From contig OZ037765.1 of assembly GCA_964035545.1 (NCBI GenBank), positions 15,748,995 through 15,812,994 on the forward strand: DNA of 64,000 nt, in the 5' to 3' direction. Made by a program: the position numbers and the translations under genes. The stretch's first letter is position 1, and every line of letters starts with the position of its first letter. This document shows, one piece after another, positions 11,324-26,300 of this stretch. A model generated the notes under the pieces. It saw only the letters and a program-made list of their open reading frames with translations. It was not told the origin of the DNA and searched no databases. The DNA is from Bugula neritina. Taxonomy: Eukaryota; Animalia; Bryozoa.

Positions 11324-14300
11324 TATTCGCATATTATCTACTCTAGTACATAAAATATAAATAGAGTCTCTAGGTTTTATGGTTGCACAGTAAGAACTTT
11401 TTTGAGTGTCGGCAGGTTGATAAAAGTTTGTTTCGCTTGTTTAAAGTACACGTGGTAGGTTTGTATAAAATAAAAAACATTCCCATAGGCATAAATTGCA
11501 CCTTTTGGTAATTGTTTTGTATGGTTTCACTTTCCTTAATATTTTCCAACTTATATTGTGTTTAATGTTTTTGTTAGTTGCCAAATGTATTTGCTAAGTT
11601 CTGTTTGATTTGCTTTCTCCTTGTTTTTAAATGATTTGTGGTTTGCGTATCTTAGTTTAACAACATAAGTATCAATGAGTATCAATGTGATTTTATTGAA
11701 AAGATTATATTGATAGTATTTCATAATAATTATAACTGCATATAAGCAATTTTATGTTTATTATTAGTGTTATTCATACAATTATATGTAGAAGACCAAC
11801 CTTTCAAGTTCTGAAAAATCAAGTGTAATAACCTGCATATCAATATTACAATAAACAAATGTTGTAATAGGAAGACTTTGTCAAAATTTTAGGTCATGTT
11901 TTTAAATTCTTCAGAAGATGAGCCAGTAACTGAGGGTACAGAAACTCAGGAACTTTGTGAGGAATCCGTTGGCTGGGCTTCATGGGCCTGGTCATTTGTA
12001 CCTCCAGTGTTACCCTCTTCTCAGGACAGTGATGATAGCAATAACCACGACCAGGGTGAACCTCAGGAGAGTTGTGCACCATCTACACCTGTATTTGATA
12101 TTAGTTTCTATAATAAGAAAGCCACTCTGGTATTCAAGGTAATTTTTTTATTTATCATTATTTTTAATTGAAGTAAAAAGGCAGTGTAGCCAACATTAAT
12201 TTCTTTAGCAATTTTTTACACAAAGAAGTTGTGAAATTATCTTAGGGTAAAGTAATGTGCACTGCTTAATAATACACATTTTTTACTATTAAACTGGTAA
12301 AATACCAGAAATTGTGTTTACATTGCACCATTTTGCATACTTTTGTTGCAGTTGTCTAAATCCATGAAATTGTCACCTAAAAATCTCAACTCAAAAGTGA
12401 TATTCGAGCCTATTTTGGAACTAAAGATGGAAGGAAACGCTTTAGAAATTCTGGCTCGAGGGTTGCTGTTTTTAGATGTACAGTTCGGCATATCGAGGAC
12501 TGCCATATATGCTATTGGTGATTGCATGTGTGCAACAAAAGAATCCAGTTACCAACAGGTGATATGCTCAACCACATCTGCTAGTTGATTTTATGTACTA
12601 CTTTAAGCTTCAGAAAGTGAATAAAGCCAAAAACATTTGTTCTTTCATTAACTTGCAATTACTTTATTTGAATTTAAATAATGGTTTTGCAACTATTCAT
12701 GCATTAATTCTATAGCCTTTTTTAATTTGTTACTTTTTACTTTTTGTTTTAATTGTTCAGATATGCGCTATTGACTTATTGTTAAATACCACATTTCCAG
12801 GTTATTGGGTTTTCTGTTTTGTAAAGTTAAAGATATTAATTTCAACACCTATAAAGCTCACTTTCTTTTAGAACATTCCATTGCTGAGTGCTGGAAATGA
12901 TGATTCCAAGCAGAATCCTAGATTAGATTATCTCACTGGGTGTCTGTTTGATTCCAGTCAACATCATGGAGCAATTAGCACCTACATTTTTGATTATGAT
13001 AAGCACTGTCAGAAGTATAAAGAGTCTTGGGCGGTCGAAAAGTTCGGAGCTGTATGGATCAATTATTTATGGATAGAAGAAACTCCTAATCCAGGTTTGA
13101 TCAGCTTGTATTGAATATAAATTGTTGGCTGCATAAAATATAGTTTTTATTCGTACATTGATTCGTTTGATGTCAATAATATAAGGTGTTGAATAGTAAA
13201 ACACACCTTATTTTGGGATGGTATGTGTTTATAGTGGGAAATTTATAAACTTTATGCTTGTCATATTGATATTACACACAATGTAGCAAATATTTGTTAT
13301 TTTACTGTCATTATTCTTTCGGGTTGCCTGTTGTACGTAATATTCAATAGATAATCTTGCATCCCTATTTACTGTCATACCTCTATATATTTTTATTGTG
13401 ATCGATTGTAAAAGAAAGAATTTTACCATTTGGCACCCTATAGTAATAGGGTGTCATAGTATGCATATGTATGCTTTGTACATATGTATTATAATATTAT
13501 TCTGCCTAAAAATGAACATGGATTTTTATTTGAAGTTAAAGTTATCCCAAGCTGTATTCGATACATAATAGTTGTGATTGCAGTTATAATTGTTATTATT
13601 TATTGTTGCCACATATAAATAAATTGCTAAATAAAACTATAATAATATTCATTTACTGCCAAGCAAAGCCAATTAGTTAACTGTGATGATATTTTAATAA
13701 TTAAATGTCTTGCCATTTTAGGCAATACTGTTATTTAATGCTTTTTTTCAGTTTCTTTTGGCTGCTAGTTAGATAATAATAAAATTATAAGCAGATTATA
13801 AATATGTTTACTAATACTGACTAGTTTGAGCTTGAAGTTAAAGAACTCAGTTTAGTTTAGTCACCATCCCTGTGAGAAACCCCTGGTGGAAGGGGCTTTT
13901 GTTGAAGCGGGTTAAGGACTTATTCAGATTGGGCACAGGAGCATTTATGACTGGGTGCTCATCCTAACATCACCGATGGCCTTTGTCGGGACTCGAACTC
14001 ATGGCTTTGTGTTTACTAGGCAAATGCTCGAACCCCTAGACTACGGCAGCTCCACGGCTGAGCTTGCACTTAAAATAAACATAAATTAGTTTTTAGTTGT
14101 ATTTCTATTATGGATATACTTGGCAATCAATATTATTAGAATGAGAAGTAAAAATATCCATAGTAGTTGTAAATATAATATAAGTTATCATGGACTATAC
14201 TTAGTTTAAATCGGTACCTGGAATGCTAATACACTTGTGAATATGTAACTCGTAGCACTATAATACTAGTTGATAGTATGGTACCTCAACAACAAATTAT

Positions 14301-17300
14301 CAATTTTATATTAGATCAGTAGTTTAAAACTACCCAAAATTAGCCTAGTGTTTTGTTAAACGATATTACAGTAAATTACAATCCATATTAATTTTATTGA
14401 AGATTAAAAATATGCAGTTGTCTGTAGGGGGGTAATTTTATGTTTTCTCATGCAGAGGTATGCATAGTCTGTGTTCCTAATTATTTTACCACACTGATGT
14501 ATTACAGTAACTAAGGGTAACAGGTAATTTTCTAAAGTTTAATGTAACTTTAGAAAATGAGCTAAAATCGGCAAATTTATAGTTTTAAGAGCTGCAGAGT
14601 TTTTTTTTACTACCAAGTTTTCTTAGGCATTAAATTCTGAAATCCTGTGTCTAATGTTTTTCTCTCCAAATGAGTATATGAGTAAATGAGTTGAGTTTTT
14701 GTAGAAACTTCTGGTAAAGAAACTTCTGGTACAGATTTTAAGTCCATATTTGTGGATGAAATTTCGTACATGAAGTTTTGGTTTCATGACTTAACCCTTA
14801 ATTGCACCAGTAGCATGAAGCACAGACTTGACAGGATAATCTTATGCGCTTCTAATCATACCTATCAGCCTTATGCTGTTAAAGATGAGGGTAAGTTGGT
14901 TTCTATAGTATACTCATGTCTTTTGTAGCATACTTTTTGCTTTGCTAATAAAATATATTTAAAGTATAATTTGTCATCCAACACCCTTGTATTATTGGGA
15001 AGCCAAAGACTAACTGATCTCAACCAAGATATTGTTTTGTACATTGTAGAAATTCTAAAATTTAGAGAAAATTTTTCAGAAGTGATATCATCAACACACC
15101 ATTTAACCCATCTCTCTCCAAAAATTTAGAGTTGTTTTTTCTAGCTGTTCTGTTCCAGGGATGTAAGACGACAGAGCACCATGACAGAATAAATTGATAA
15201 AGTTTTTTATCGAATTACCAATTTATTACCTTCTAGCTTTTGTCATATAATGTGATAAAAGGAGATTAGAACACGTCGCTTTTATATGAGTTTGTTTTAT
15301 CAGTTATTGCAGCATGTTTTTGACAAATATATTGGAAGTTTCATGTCAATTTGTCATGCTATTTAAATGATGTCCAAGTAAATAAGGGGTTCTAAAGTTT
15401 ATAAGCTGTGCTATTGGGTTGTTGCAAGTTGTCAGAGATATGCACTCTGTTCATCACTTGCAGTAAAATATGATACTTACTATAGAGGATAGTAAATTTT
15501 TAGTTTATTTTCATGCAATATCTGCTTGGTGCTTTTTTTGTAGAGATAGTTGACCCCACTAGGCCAACACCTTCCCAACAACAGATTGACTGTTTCGAAC
15601 GCTTCATTCCATCCAAAAATATTCACTTAGGGTTTTTACGAAGTCGTATTAACGTTTACCCTTCTACTCACTGTAAAGCCGGGAACTTATCTAATGCATC
15701 CACAGGTAGTATTTCAGTTTGGTATTTTCCTATCTATCAAGTAGTAGGCATTTCAAGGTTTTCTACTGTTCCATATAACTTTAATATAATCATGATTAAA
15801 AATTATCACAAAACTTTACTATTATAGGAAGATTACATGGCAGCATCAAAAGACCCATTGCAAAATTTATTCTATATAATATGTGTGCAATATAGTCATG
15901 TGCACAGCTTGAAAATATAAATAACATGTTCACCAATCACCGATATCAAAATCAGCCAAGTGGCAAAAAGCATTTAACTTTCAAAATTGAAAGATAATAT
16001 GATTTATTATATTTATCCATTTAGTTATCAGATATACAATCATACTTAATAACTATTATTATTAAGACTAATCCTAATTTTTTTTTTTATTAAATATGCA
16101 ATGTTTTCTGTTATGCTATTACTATGTTTTTCTGTAAATGTTTAGGCCTAGAGCAGAGGTTTTGCTTGAAACTATCTGCTGAAAGATTGGATTTCCAGTC
16201 GACCGGCCCAATGTATCCAAGGAAACTAATTAGGCTTGTTAGCCAACTCCCTCAACCTTCCAATAACCTTGTGTATCATTGCCAACGTCACCAAAATATC
16301 AAGGTTGAAAACTCAAATTACCTTTTTTTCAAAAATTGAAACTATCTTGTCGATGTAAGTCTGCTGAATACAATTATATAGGCCTTTTATTTGCAATATA
16401 ATATGCTTAGCAATATGCCTCGTGTGCTGTGTACCTTGCCAACTATATTTACCTGATTTCTTTTCATCTATTGTTTATGGTTTGGTGTATATAATTAGGC
16501 AATGAAATTTGAGTCTTGGCTGGTGTTATTAAACAAACCCTTTGAAGATTGCATTGACCCTCCTATAAAAGATGAGAAAACTCTTGTGTTACCACTCACA
16601 GCCGCTTACTACCGCAGCGTTCTACTTCTACCCATGTATTGGAGTCAACGCCAATTTGAAAGGTGGGCTACACAGCTTTCAGTACAACTCCTGTGCTGAG
16701 CAGTCTGCTTGTTCTTTGATATATCTACATACATCAAAGTTCAATTAAAAAAGAAGACTCTGTGCCGTAAGATATGTGTCAATGTTTGTAATTTTATAGT
16801 TTGTCATGTATTGATTTTATGGTTGAATTTGTATTTAAATTGTACATCATTTTGTAGGTATTCTGTGCGTATGGAGATTCTTGAGGGTACTTTTATCTTT
16901 ACACTTCCCCAACTGATGACTGTGTATTCCACAACTATGTCGTGGACAGACGACTTCGAGAAACAGAAGTTGATTGGTACTAGTTTAGTTGATGATGCCT
17001 TCAACACCAGCTCGGGTATATTTCATAATCTTTAGCACTGAAGCACTTAAAACTGAGATTATTTTTGACGTGTTAATAAACTCAGATTATTTTGAGTAGT
17101 CCAATTAATTTACGCTCCAATAGTTTAACTTCTGGTCTCAAGTTGTTTTATTAATGCATTTGCAGAACAGCCTATTTATTACAATAATTAATATGCTGTT
17201 TATTACCTTTGTAATCTATACATTTTAAATTGAAGTAATTTATTGCTTGCAAGTACTAATTTAATTATGACTTGACACTTTTTTGCATTCAATTTTACTT

Positions 17301-20300
17301 TTTAAGTTTGTCTTCCCTTAAGATCTATTGGCTGAGAATATTGCATTGTTTTTAGACCCACTGCCATTTTGCAGGTCAATTCCCTATTCTTGATCTGTCT
17401 TTCAACCAGTTTGAGTTGAAGCAGTCCTCTACCATGTGTGTCAATGCAGCGTTTGGTAATCTAGGCTCTGTGTGCGTCACTATTATTACCAAAGGTTAGT
17501 GAAATGTTGAACTAATTATTGCCTCTAATTGTTTTTTAGAATACCTGAAATTTTTAGTTTACTGTATTTGTCTCCTCATGATAATTGTGCTATTGCATCC
17601 TCCTGATCGTTTGCTATACTGTGACATCAAATATGTTATATGTCAACTAGTAGCGAGTTTAAAAATATCTATATTTTTGCAATCGTCAAAACCATTCACA
17701 GCTCTTACACTCGAGTATGATGTTAGAACTGCTATTTGTTTAGATGAGGAGTCAGATGATATGCTATCAGCTACAGTTTTTCAAGCACCTGTTGACACAT
17801 CACTGCTGAATCATAGACATTTGTTCACTACTTCCAAGTCTATTGATAACTGTAGCAGTGATTTCCTTTGCTTCACTTATCAGGCTCCAAAAGGTGCAGA
17901 AACATTGACTGGTTCATGCTATTCAATTTTATACAATAATTCTACTCTCTGTTGCTGTTATGGTGAAAAGTGATGATGAAGTTTTTAATTCTTTCAGACA
18001 TAAGCAGTTCAGATGTTGAACATTCTGTGCTGCTTTTCACAATTCAAGGCTGGGCTTTATCTGCAGACCCTATGATTATGAAATGTCTGCGTTATAAGGA
18101 CCTGGTAGCATCCACCTCTCACCCTGTCCATGTTCTGCAGTCAGAAGGTGCTTCTACACAATTCTCTACATCAACTACTGGTAAGAATTCTATTTGTGTC
18201 TTAGTGAAGTTTTATAACATGCTCCTAGCTACTGCTGTTGAAATATCTAATCTATATTCTCACTGATGCCACATAATATAAAACAGTGAAAATGTTTTCT
18301 TTGGAATGCTATGGTCTATGATGAGTATATTTCTTAAATGTTTGTAATATAATATCTTGAAAATGGAAATAAAAAGTTCGAAAATTTGATGTTTGGCTAT
18401 CTTTTTCTTTCGTAACAATTTTCATTAGTTGTTTATATTTTTTCAGAAGTCAATATCACAAGCAATGCTGATCTAAAGAAGCTGGAAGAAGTAAAAGCAA
18501 AAGATTTAGGTGATGGTAGCTCTTCTGGATCCTTTGATTTGCACTATCTCACCATACTGCATAATCTCTCATGCAATCTCTCTATTAATGTGAGCTATTT
18601 AGCACATTGTTAATACTGTCAAATTTGATAGCAACTTTGCAATTAAAACCCAGAGTATTTGTCCTTCAACTTGATGATTTTGAATGAAACTTACATAGCC
18701 TTAGTAAAATGTACTAGAATTTTTTCAGTTTGTATTGTTATTTGAATAACTATTTTCTCTTAGTTTGTAAAGTTATGGTGCATTTATACCTTCTTTCAAA
18801 ACGCACCTTTTATATTTAATTTCACATTATAGTTTTACGGAAATTTGTTGAAATCATATTGATGCGGAAGCTCATTTTCTAATAGTAAAATATGGGTGGA
18901 TTAATTGCTAGTTGATGCCCTTTGAAAACGTGTAATGAATTAATAAAGGTGAAAGCATAAAACCGATAATTGAGAAAAATAGTCAATATAGTTATGAAAA
19001 TGAAGCTTAAATTACAATGCAGCACGGTAAAATTATTATATATACATTCACATGCATACATATGCACACACGTAAATATATATATTTTATACTCAAATAC
19101 TTTGAGATAACGTGAATGGCACTCTCCGTCAGGTTGCTGTGAAGAGTGGTTGTATTTTTGTACCTCAAAAGTCACTGATAACGCCTGCAATGAGTTGTCA
19201 ACACAGTATGCCGGAGCAGTGGCGCCAACTGAGTTACTCGCAGGAGCTGCCACCATCTGTTGTTGTGTGCTTACCTAGTATAACAGCCAAGAGCAGTAAT
19301 GTTTCACTTTCTGCCCCCATCGAAGATCTTCCTGTACCTTCAAGCAGTGGTAAGGAATCTGATAATTTGTTACAACATGTGTTGGGTTGATAACCTGATT
19401 TGATATATAAAAAGTGAAATGTTTGTTGGCTTATTTTTTAATTTCTTTGTAGGCGTTTCTCCCAGCTTTCCTGTCACATGTGCGATTGAAAATCTTTCTG
19501 TGTACAGCCATGTCCAAGGAGGTTTCCCCTATCTCATTGAACCAGCAAACCTAGTAACTGCAGTCTCGTTCAATACGCAGCCACTGAACAGTTGTGCCAG
19601 CAGCGGCTCTCAGTCGCCACCTACTTCGCTGTCACTACATATATCTACTGTAGTAGATCCTACACACTGTACCATATCATCAACACAGGTTAACGAACTA
19701 CATTTTGTTATTCCAATGTCATAGTGTAAAATAATTTGCTATTTTACATAGTGCAACATCAGTATTTTGTACTATATTGTGGATGGTATAATATTCTATT
19801 TCTCATAGATTAAACTGGTGTTGCAACTTCTTACATCCTGGATAGACATCATTCCTCTGTTACTTACACGCATTACTGTGGAAAGTGCAGCATCAAAGCC
19901 AGCCATGCTTGGCAACTCCTGCCATTCTATCTCTTCTGTTGTAAGTGCATACATTTGCATCATAATATATAGTATTAGTATTCCAATTAGAAAATTAAAT
20001 GTTTTCAATTTTGACTGATGATGAGTTGGTAATGGGAAACTCAAGTGTATAATTGTTTGATAATTGTTAATTCGTTGGTTTTTAACACTTAGACTGATGA
20101 GAAGGCAACTTACTATGAAGTTGATAGAAACTCAGGGAGTTTGCATGAAGGTGCTCAGACTACTAGTTCTACTTCTACTACTTCAACCTCATCATCAGCA
20201 TCTCACAAGTCTATAAAAGTGGTAATTAAGGCTCCAAAACTGTCTCTCAACATGTTGCTGAAAGAGGACGGGTAGGATATTTTTTCTGAATATATTCAAG

Positions 20301-23300
20301 TTGAATCACCCTCTTCATGAAAATGTTGCTTTTGTTCTCAAAGCATCATTGCCATTTTAGTCAATCTCAACAATTTGCATTTAATCTTGTTAACGCTTCT
20401 GATACAAACAATCTCTGATCCATGATTCCAGTGTGTGCTATAATTGTATAACTTCAAGCTTAATATGACTGTTGAATGTTCTGCAGGTTTAAAAGGCACA
20501 GCTTGTGTGCGATAAGTGAAGACATATCTTGCAATATGGATATTAATGGAGAGTACACTAAAGTCCAACTAAAGATCTGGTCATCAGAGTTGCTTCATGG
20601 ATACTTTGAGTGAGTTGTCTATTCAAACGAGTATACGAAAGCATGCGAAAATAGAAATGTAAAAAAGCTTGTACTCTACAAATCTAATTTATTATATAAT
20701 TGTTAGCATTCGCTGTGAAGAGTTTGTTGCTGGACCTAAACACGGTCTGCTCCTCTCCTCAACTCGAAGATTTCTCAACCTTCAGTCTTGTCCAGTCAAA
20801 TTAGGTACAGAAGTGTTGAATTCTAGAGATGTCTCTCAAATGGTAAAAGAATTGGCTGTTTATTCTTCTCTTTGTTCATATTACAATTGTGGTACACATG
20901 TGTTTACATGCATAGTATGTTCATTAAAATATCAGCATGACTATAATGCACATGAGAACAACTTCACATTTCTACAGTTTCCATGTTGCTGACAACTATA
21001 AACCTTGTCATTTCTAGCAATTACTGAGAAGATAAGTTGTCTTGATATGTCTGGACAGCGCACATTCTACTAACATATATTTACATATGGAAAAAATTTA
21101 TTTGGGTATATTTCGTAGGCTAATCTTATGAATAAGATATTATTATGTATATTATAACATGCTAAAAATATTTCTATTATCTGCTAAAAACACCTTTGCT
21201 TTTTTTGGTGTTGAACTTATAGTTTGAATGTGCCTGAAATTATAGAGTGCACTTAAGTTTATTCTGAAATTGATGGTGGGAAAAGATGTGTATAACACAT
21301 TTATTTCTTGAAACTTTTTGGTATACTATACAATTACTTTACATGGCTCAGCCGATATATTGTCTTCCATAACTCAATTACACAGTTAATAGTCATGGAT
21401 GGAAATAATAATGTGTAGATGAAAGACAAGCCAAGAGAAGCATTTCTCAACTTCACTTACACTAGAGCTTCGTGCCAGAGTTTGAAGCAGCGGCTGAGTT
21501 TGGCAGACAGTGGGGATCTGTTGAAAGAGGGGCAAGGGACATCTGGTAAATTATCGGGCGAGATGCAAGACAGCAGAAATTACGGTGTCACTGCTGAACC
21601 CAATCATATATCTGAATTGTGCGTTGATTTGACTCAGTGCGACATCATATGCTATATGCCCGTCATCGCTGATGTACTCGAGGTATAGTTGTAGTATGCA
21701 TACATAGTATACAGTCTGTCATATGCATACATATAATAGAGGTTATAGTGTGCATACATAGTATGCAGGTTAGAGTATGCATACATAGTATACAGGCTTC
21801 AATATGCATACATATAATAAAGGTTATAGTGTGTATGAATTAAATTCACTCCCAGTATTTGCAGTATGTTTTGAAATATATATATTGTTGTGTGGGTGTA
21901 TATTTGTATATGACTACTCACCTGGTGCTTGTTTGTTACCTACTTTATTAAACTGTTGGGGTGAGGGTTCAAACATGAAAATTGTGAGAATTGTAATTTC
22001 TAACAGTCATTAGAGAACAATCGCTGTAATTACATTTCTTTAGAAATATTAAATTATACATAGCACTGTTAGAAAAGAATCTCTCAAACTGATTCTGCAT
22101 TGCAGTCAATCAAAAGCACTCGCTTGTAGTCATGGAGTAAATCACTTAGACATTACCATGTAACATCCCAAAATGTATACTATGTGACAAGTCACAGCTA
22201 GAATATGTGTGCCTGTATATGTATATGTACATTTGTGTGTGTGTGTGTAGAAACACAATTTATTTATTTTAACTAGAAAACAGTCAGTCACAAAAGAGTG
22301 GTAGGTCTGTATAGAAGTATGCATATAGAGTGCATAAACAACTGAACTTACAGCTGAGCTGGTTGATGCTCAATCAGTGATTATGATGATGTTGACAGAT
22401 TCTTCTGTTAGACCTTGCACCAGCTGCTAAAAAGTTGGTGTCTCAAGTATTATCGTCTTCTGAGACTCCACATGATAAGCCGAAGGATGCGTCTCAAGCC
22501 CGCACTCCTTGGTTGCACTCCCGCACTTTACCTTTACTCCATTTTACTATTGGCAACTTTAGACTGATACTACCAGTAAGTTTAGCATATGACTACAAGG
22601 GTATGATATACTATTTTGTTCCATGTGCTTGTGTATTTATGAGTTTCCATGAAAAATACAGGCTTTTTGAGGAATTTGATATCAATTTGAATGTAGCATT
22701 TTGTTTAGATTGACTCACAACTTGATGAGTGCCATGATGTACTTGTTATGGGGGTTCATGGAGTGGAGTTGACACCACAAGTAGATAACCCACTGCCACA
22801 TCTAATTCTTGATAATCAGCTTTATCAACAGAAAATTAAAAAGCTCAACTTCCATGGTTCTCCTGGTTTGTCGTTATTATGTCCGGTCTATGCTTGACTT
22901 TTTATATTATATTGCGTAATTTTTCAATGTAGAATAACTAACTACTATGTTAGTTATTAAAATCGTGTTTTCTAATCATGGCCTTTTTAAGATGTTGGTT
23001 CATACAAAACATATTCTAATTGTTTCTTTTGGCAAAGACCTATGCCAAATCTAGTCTTTCCTTTTTCGTACAGTTTACTGATTAAATCTGTCTTCCTTGA
23101 GCTGTAAGTTACTATGTTGTTTATTATATGTAGTCTGCTACAACATATTATTTCTCTAGCTGCATATTTTTAACTCAATTAAGTGTCATAATTTTATGCA
23201 TTGTAGTTGATAACCGTCAATTTCAAATGGATTTGCATGCATTAGGCGTGTTTACTGGTAAATGGACTCAAATGAAGCTGGAAGAAAAAAAGCCCTATTA

Positions 23301-26300
23301 TTCTTCATCAGAAAACCCTGCGTTTGAGTGGAACAAAATTGCACAGGCTGAGTAAATACCTCATTTTGGTTGCAGTATTTTTTTAATGACTAACAAATTT
23401 TAGAAGAACTTTCAAGAGGTCAGTAACCAGTATTGTTATTTTTATTTTAGAGAACTGAAAATTGCCAAACTAGATCCAATTGTTTCCCCGTTGAACTTAA
23501 AACTGCAGTTTGCACCAGCTATTACTTACCATAAGGTATTGTTTTTACTCTGTCATGTTATATCATCTTGGGTTTCATAATTAAGCTGATAAGCAACTAC
23601 TTGTAGACCTTTTCTAGTAATAAAATGTGAAAACTGAATTTCTACAGCTTGTAGATTCTTAGCTGTATAGTGAGTGTAACTTTATATCCTTTTATGTCCT
23701 GTATTTCAGACAACTGTATGTGGTCATAGTGCAGAGGTGAACGTTACTTCCGATGTGCTATTCTGTCTCTCAGATGTACATATCAACCTCATGTATCTAC
23801 TTTCTATGGAGCTCATTTCTTCTTTCAAGGATATACTTTTGAGCCAGCAGTTAGAGGCCGCTCCTGCATCTTCAACTCAAAAACGTAGCCTAAAGGTATA
23901 GTTTAACTATTCGAGCACTCTTGTTCTGCACCAATGTGTGCACATAGCACAGTCACGGAGCACGTTTCATGATACTGATAAAAGTGATTGAAACAATTGT
24001 GCTGGCAAGTCCTTGTTTAAATTTTAATTTCGGTTGCATGTTGTGTGCGAAGTTATTGCAAGCCTGTTTTGATGTTGAAGTAGGCTATCCGACTTAAAAC
24101 CTACTCAGAGTTTTTTGAGGCTACACATTTAGAAAATCAGCATGTCTTAGATTTGGCGTCATTGAAATGGTTTGATCAACTTGTGTTTTTTGCAACTTTT
24201 AGGAAGAAGTATCTAACAAAAAGGCAGGAATGATCTCACATTATGTTACTATGGTGACAGCTGTAGATGTCCTTTTGACTGCCCGCCACATATCTCTATC
24301 ATTGAAAGGGGACAAGGGAGTGAACCCTATAGCTAGGGTCACATTCACACAGCCTCATACTCTCCTCTGTACTAAGCCATCATCAGAAAGATTAGAGATA
24401 TCATGTTATGATATGAGTATAAGCTTGGGACCATCATTTGTGCTCAACACCAATGGTAATTAAACGTAGCTGATAATCAATAAAAACACACTACTTTGTA
24501 CTAAGTATGATAAAGTTCAAGCAATTTTCAAATGGTTGCATGATCGTTCAAAAAGCTTTTTTGGTAATTAGCTATAATAATTTATCTAGGTGAATATAAT
24601 TTTCCGGTTTCTCTTAATTATGTTTTTTTATGTTTGGGGATGGCTCCATATACAGTTCAATTAAAATTTAGAAGGTTGAGTTTAAAATGGGGCTGCTCAA
24701 TTATGTGAGATCTAATTGTGCTATCAAAACCTTGCAAAACATATCTTTTCGGTAGTATTTAAATATAATTCTAGAGCTGTATGTTCAAGCAAATTAATTT
24801 TATAGGGCATTTCTCACATGTCTCCCTTGAATTAGTTTATTAGCTTATTCTGCAGTTGACATCTGTAGAAGAAGAAAATTGGAAAGCATAATATTTGATC
24901 ACATTGAGCGAATAAAAAGTTAGCTAAAACTTGAGTTCTCTTTCTTCAGTTTCTGTTTTTTAGGTTACTTGCATTTTAATGTTTTTCTTAATCGGGGTTT
25001 ATATTTATTGCACTAAAAGATTACAATCATCATAATTATGACTGGTATCATTCGTGTATTGTAGGAAATTATTAAATAACTGTCATTTTCTTAGCAAACC
25101 AATTTGTCAACCAAATTTGAATTTCTTGTTCATTTGTTCAACATAATTTATATTCAAATAGAACACACTACACGATATTTTTATTAGGCAACAGTGTTTT
25201 TTAGAAAAATTCATATATTCATGCATATTTCTATTGTGCATTAAAAAACAAATTTTTGAAGTTTGTCAACTCAAATTAATTTTTAAATACCCAAAACTTA
25301 AACAATTCAAAGGTGCTAGTTTTCTTTGTATAAGCTATTCGGCTTTTTTCTGGTTGTTTATTTATTTTTGTCTTGGGAAATTTCTACTACAGCTAATAAG
25401 TTGTGTTGAACATTTACAAATAAATTAAGTGCATGAAGAAAAAAGTCATATAATTGATTTTGGGGTGTTCAACGAATTGCTCTCAAAGTATGAGAATGTT
25501 TTCAGATAATTCTTTGCCACACACTGGGGACTTTCCGGAATCTTTGCTGACAAGTCAACTTGGTCTTCCAGATGATAAGACTGGAATATTACCTTGTTTA
25601 TTCACTCTCAAGATCAAAGGCATTTTAGATAAACGTATGTATCTTTTTAACTGTAGTAAACGTGTTCACGTGTTTTTCAGGCAAAATGCTGATTGGTGAC
25701 TCAGTGCTAAATTTTGATGTTGAATAAAAATGTTTTTACTTGCTTGTGATATTTCAACTGGTGGTGTCGTGGTATTTCTGTGAGTTAATCGCTACAAAAT
25801 CATGTCATTGCTGGTTTTAAATACTTTTCACAAGTTTTAAGAGGTATGAAACAAACAGCAAAGACTGTCTATTGATGGTTTTGGTGTAAACACTAGCTCT
25901 GTAGTTGTTCAATGGCTAACTTTAGCAGTTTCTAGTTACATTGAGATAATGTAATTATTGTGTCACTGGAGTAGATGGTCAACTGTGCTTATACATATGG
26001 ATGTTGTGCCATTTTGGCTTATTTCCTCAAATTGAAACTAGCCCATAGCTACGATTTTGTATTAGGCTATATGATTTTACTGAGTTTTGTTTTATAAGCA
26101 TGGTGAAGTGCACCAAAATATCTCATCAGCTGTTACAGAATTAATTGCTGAAGTTGAAGTGTTCAATTAAGATAATTGCACTATATTTTGAAATATTGTT
26201 TCTTTTTATTATTTGTTTTAGCTGAGATAAACATTGACATTGGCAGGCCTGTCGCCATATCCTTATCTGTAGAAACAGTGGAGAGTGTGAGAGCAGCATT

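Noticed and set aside
13985-14053. Possible functional tRNA-Thr gene
   Set aside because: Acceptor and anticodon stems are broken and it continues into a SINE body and tail.
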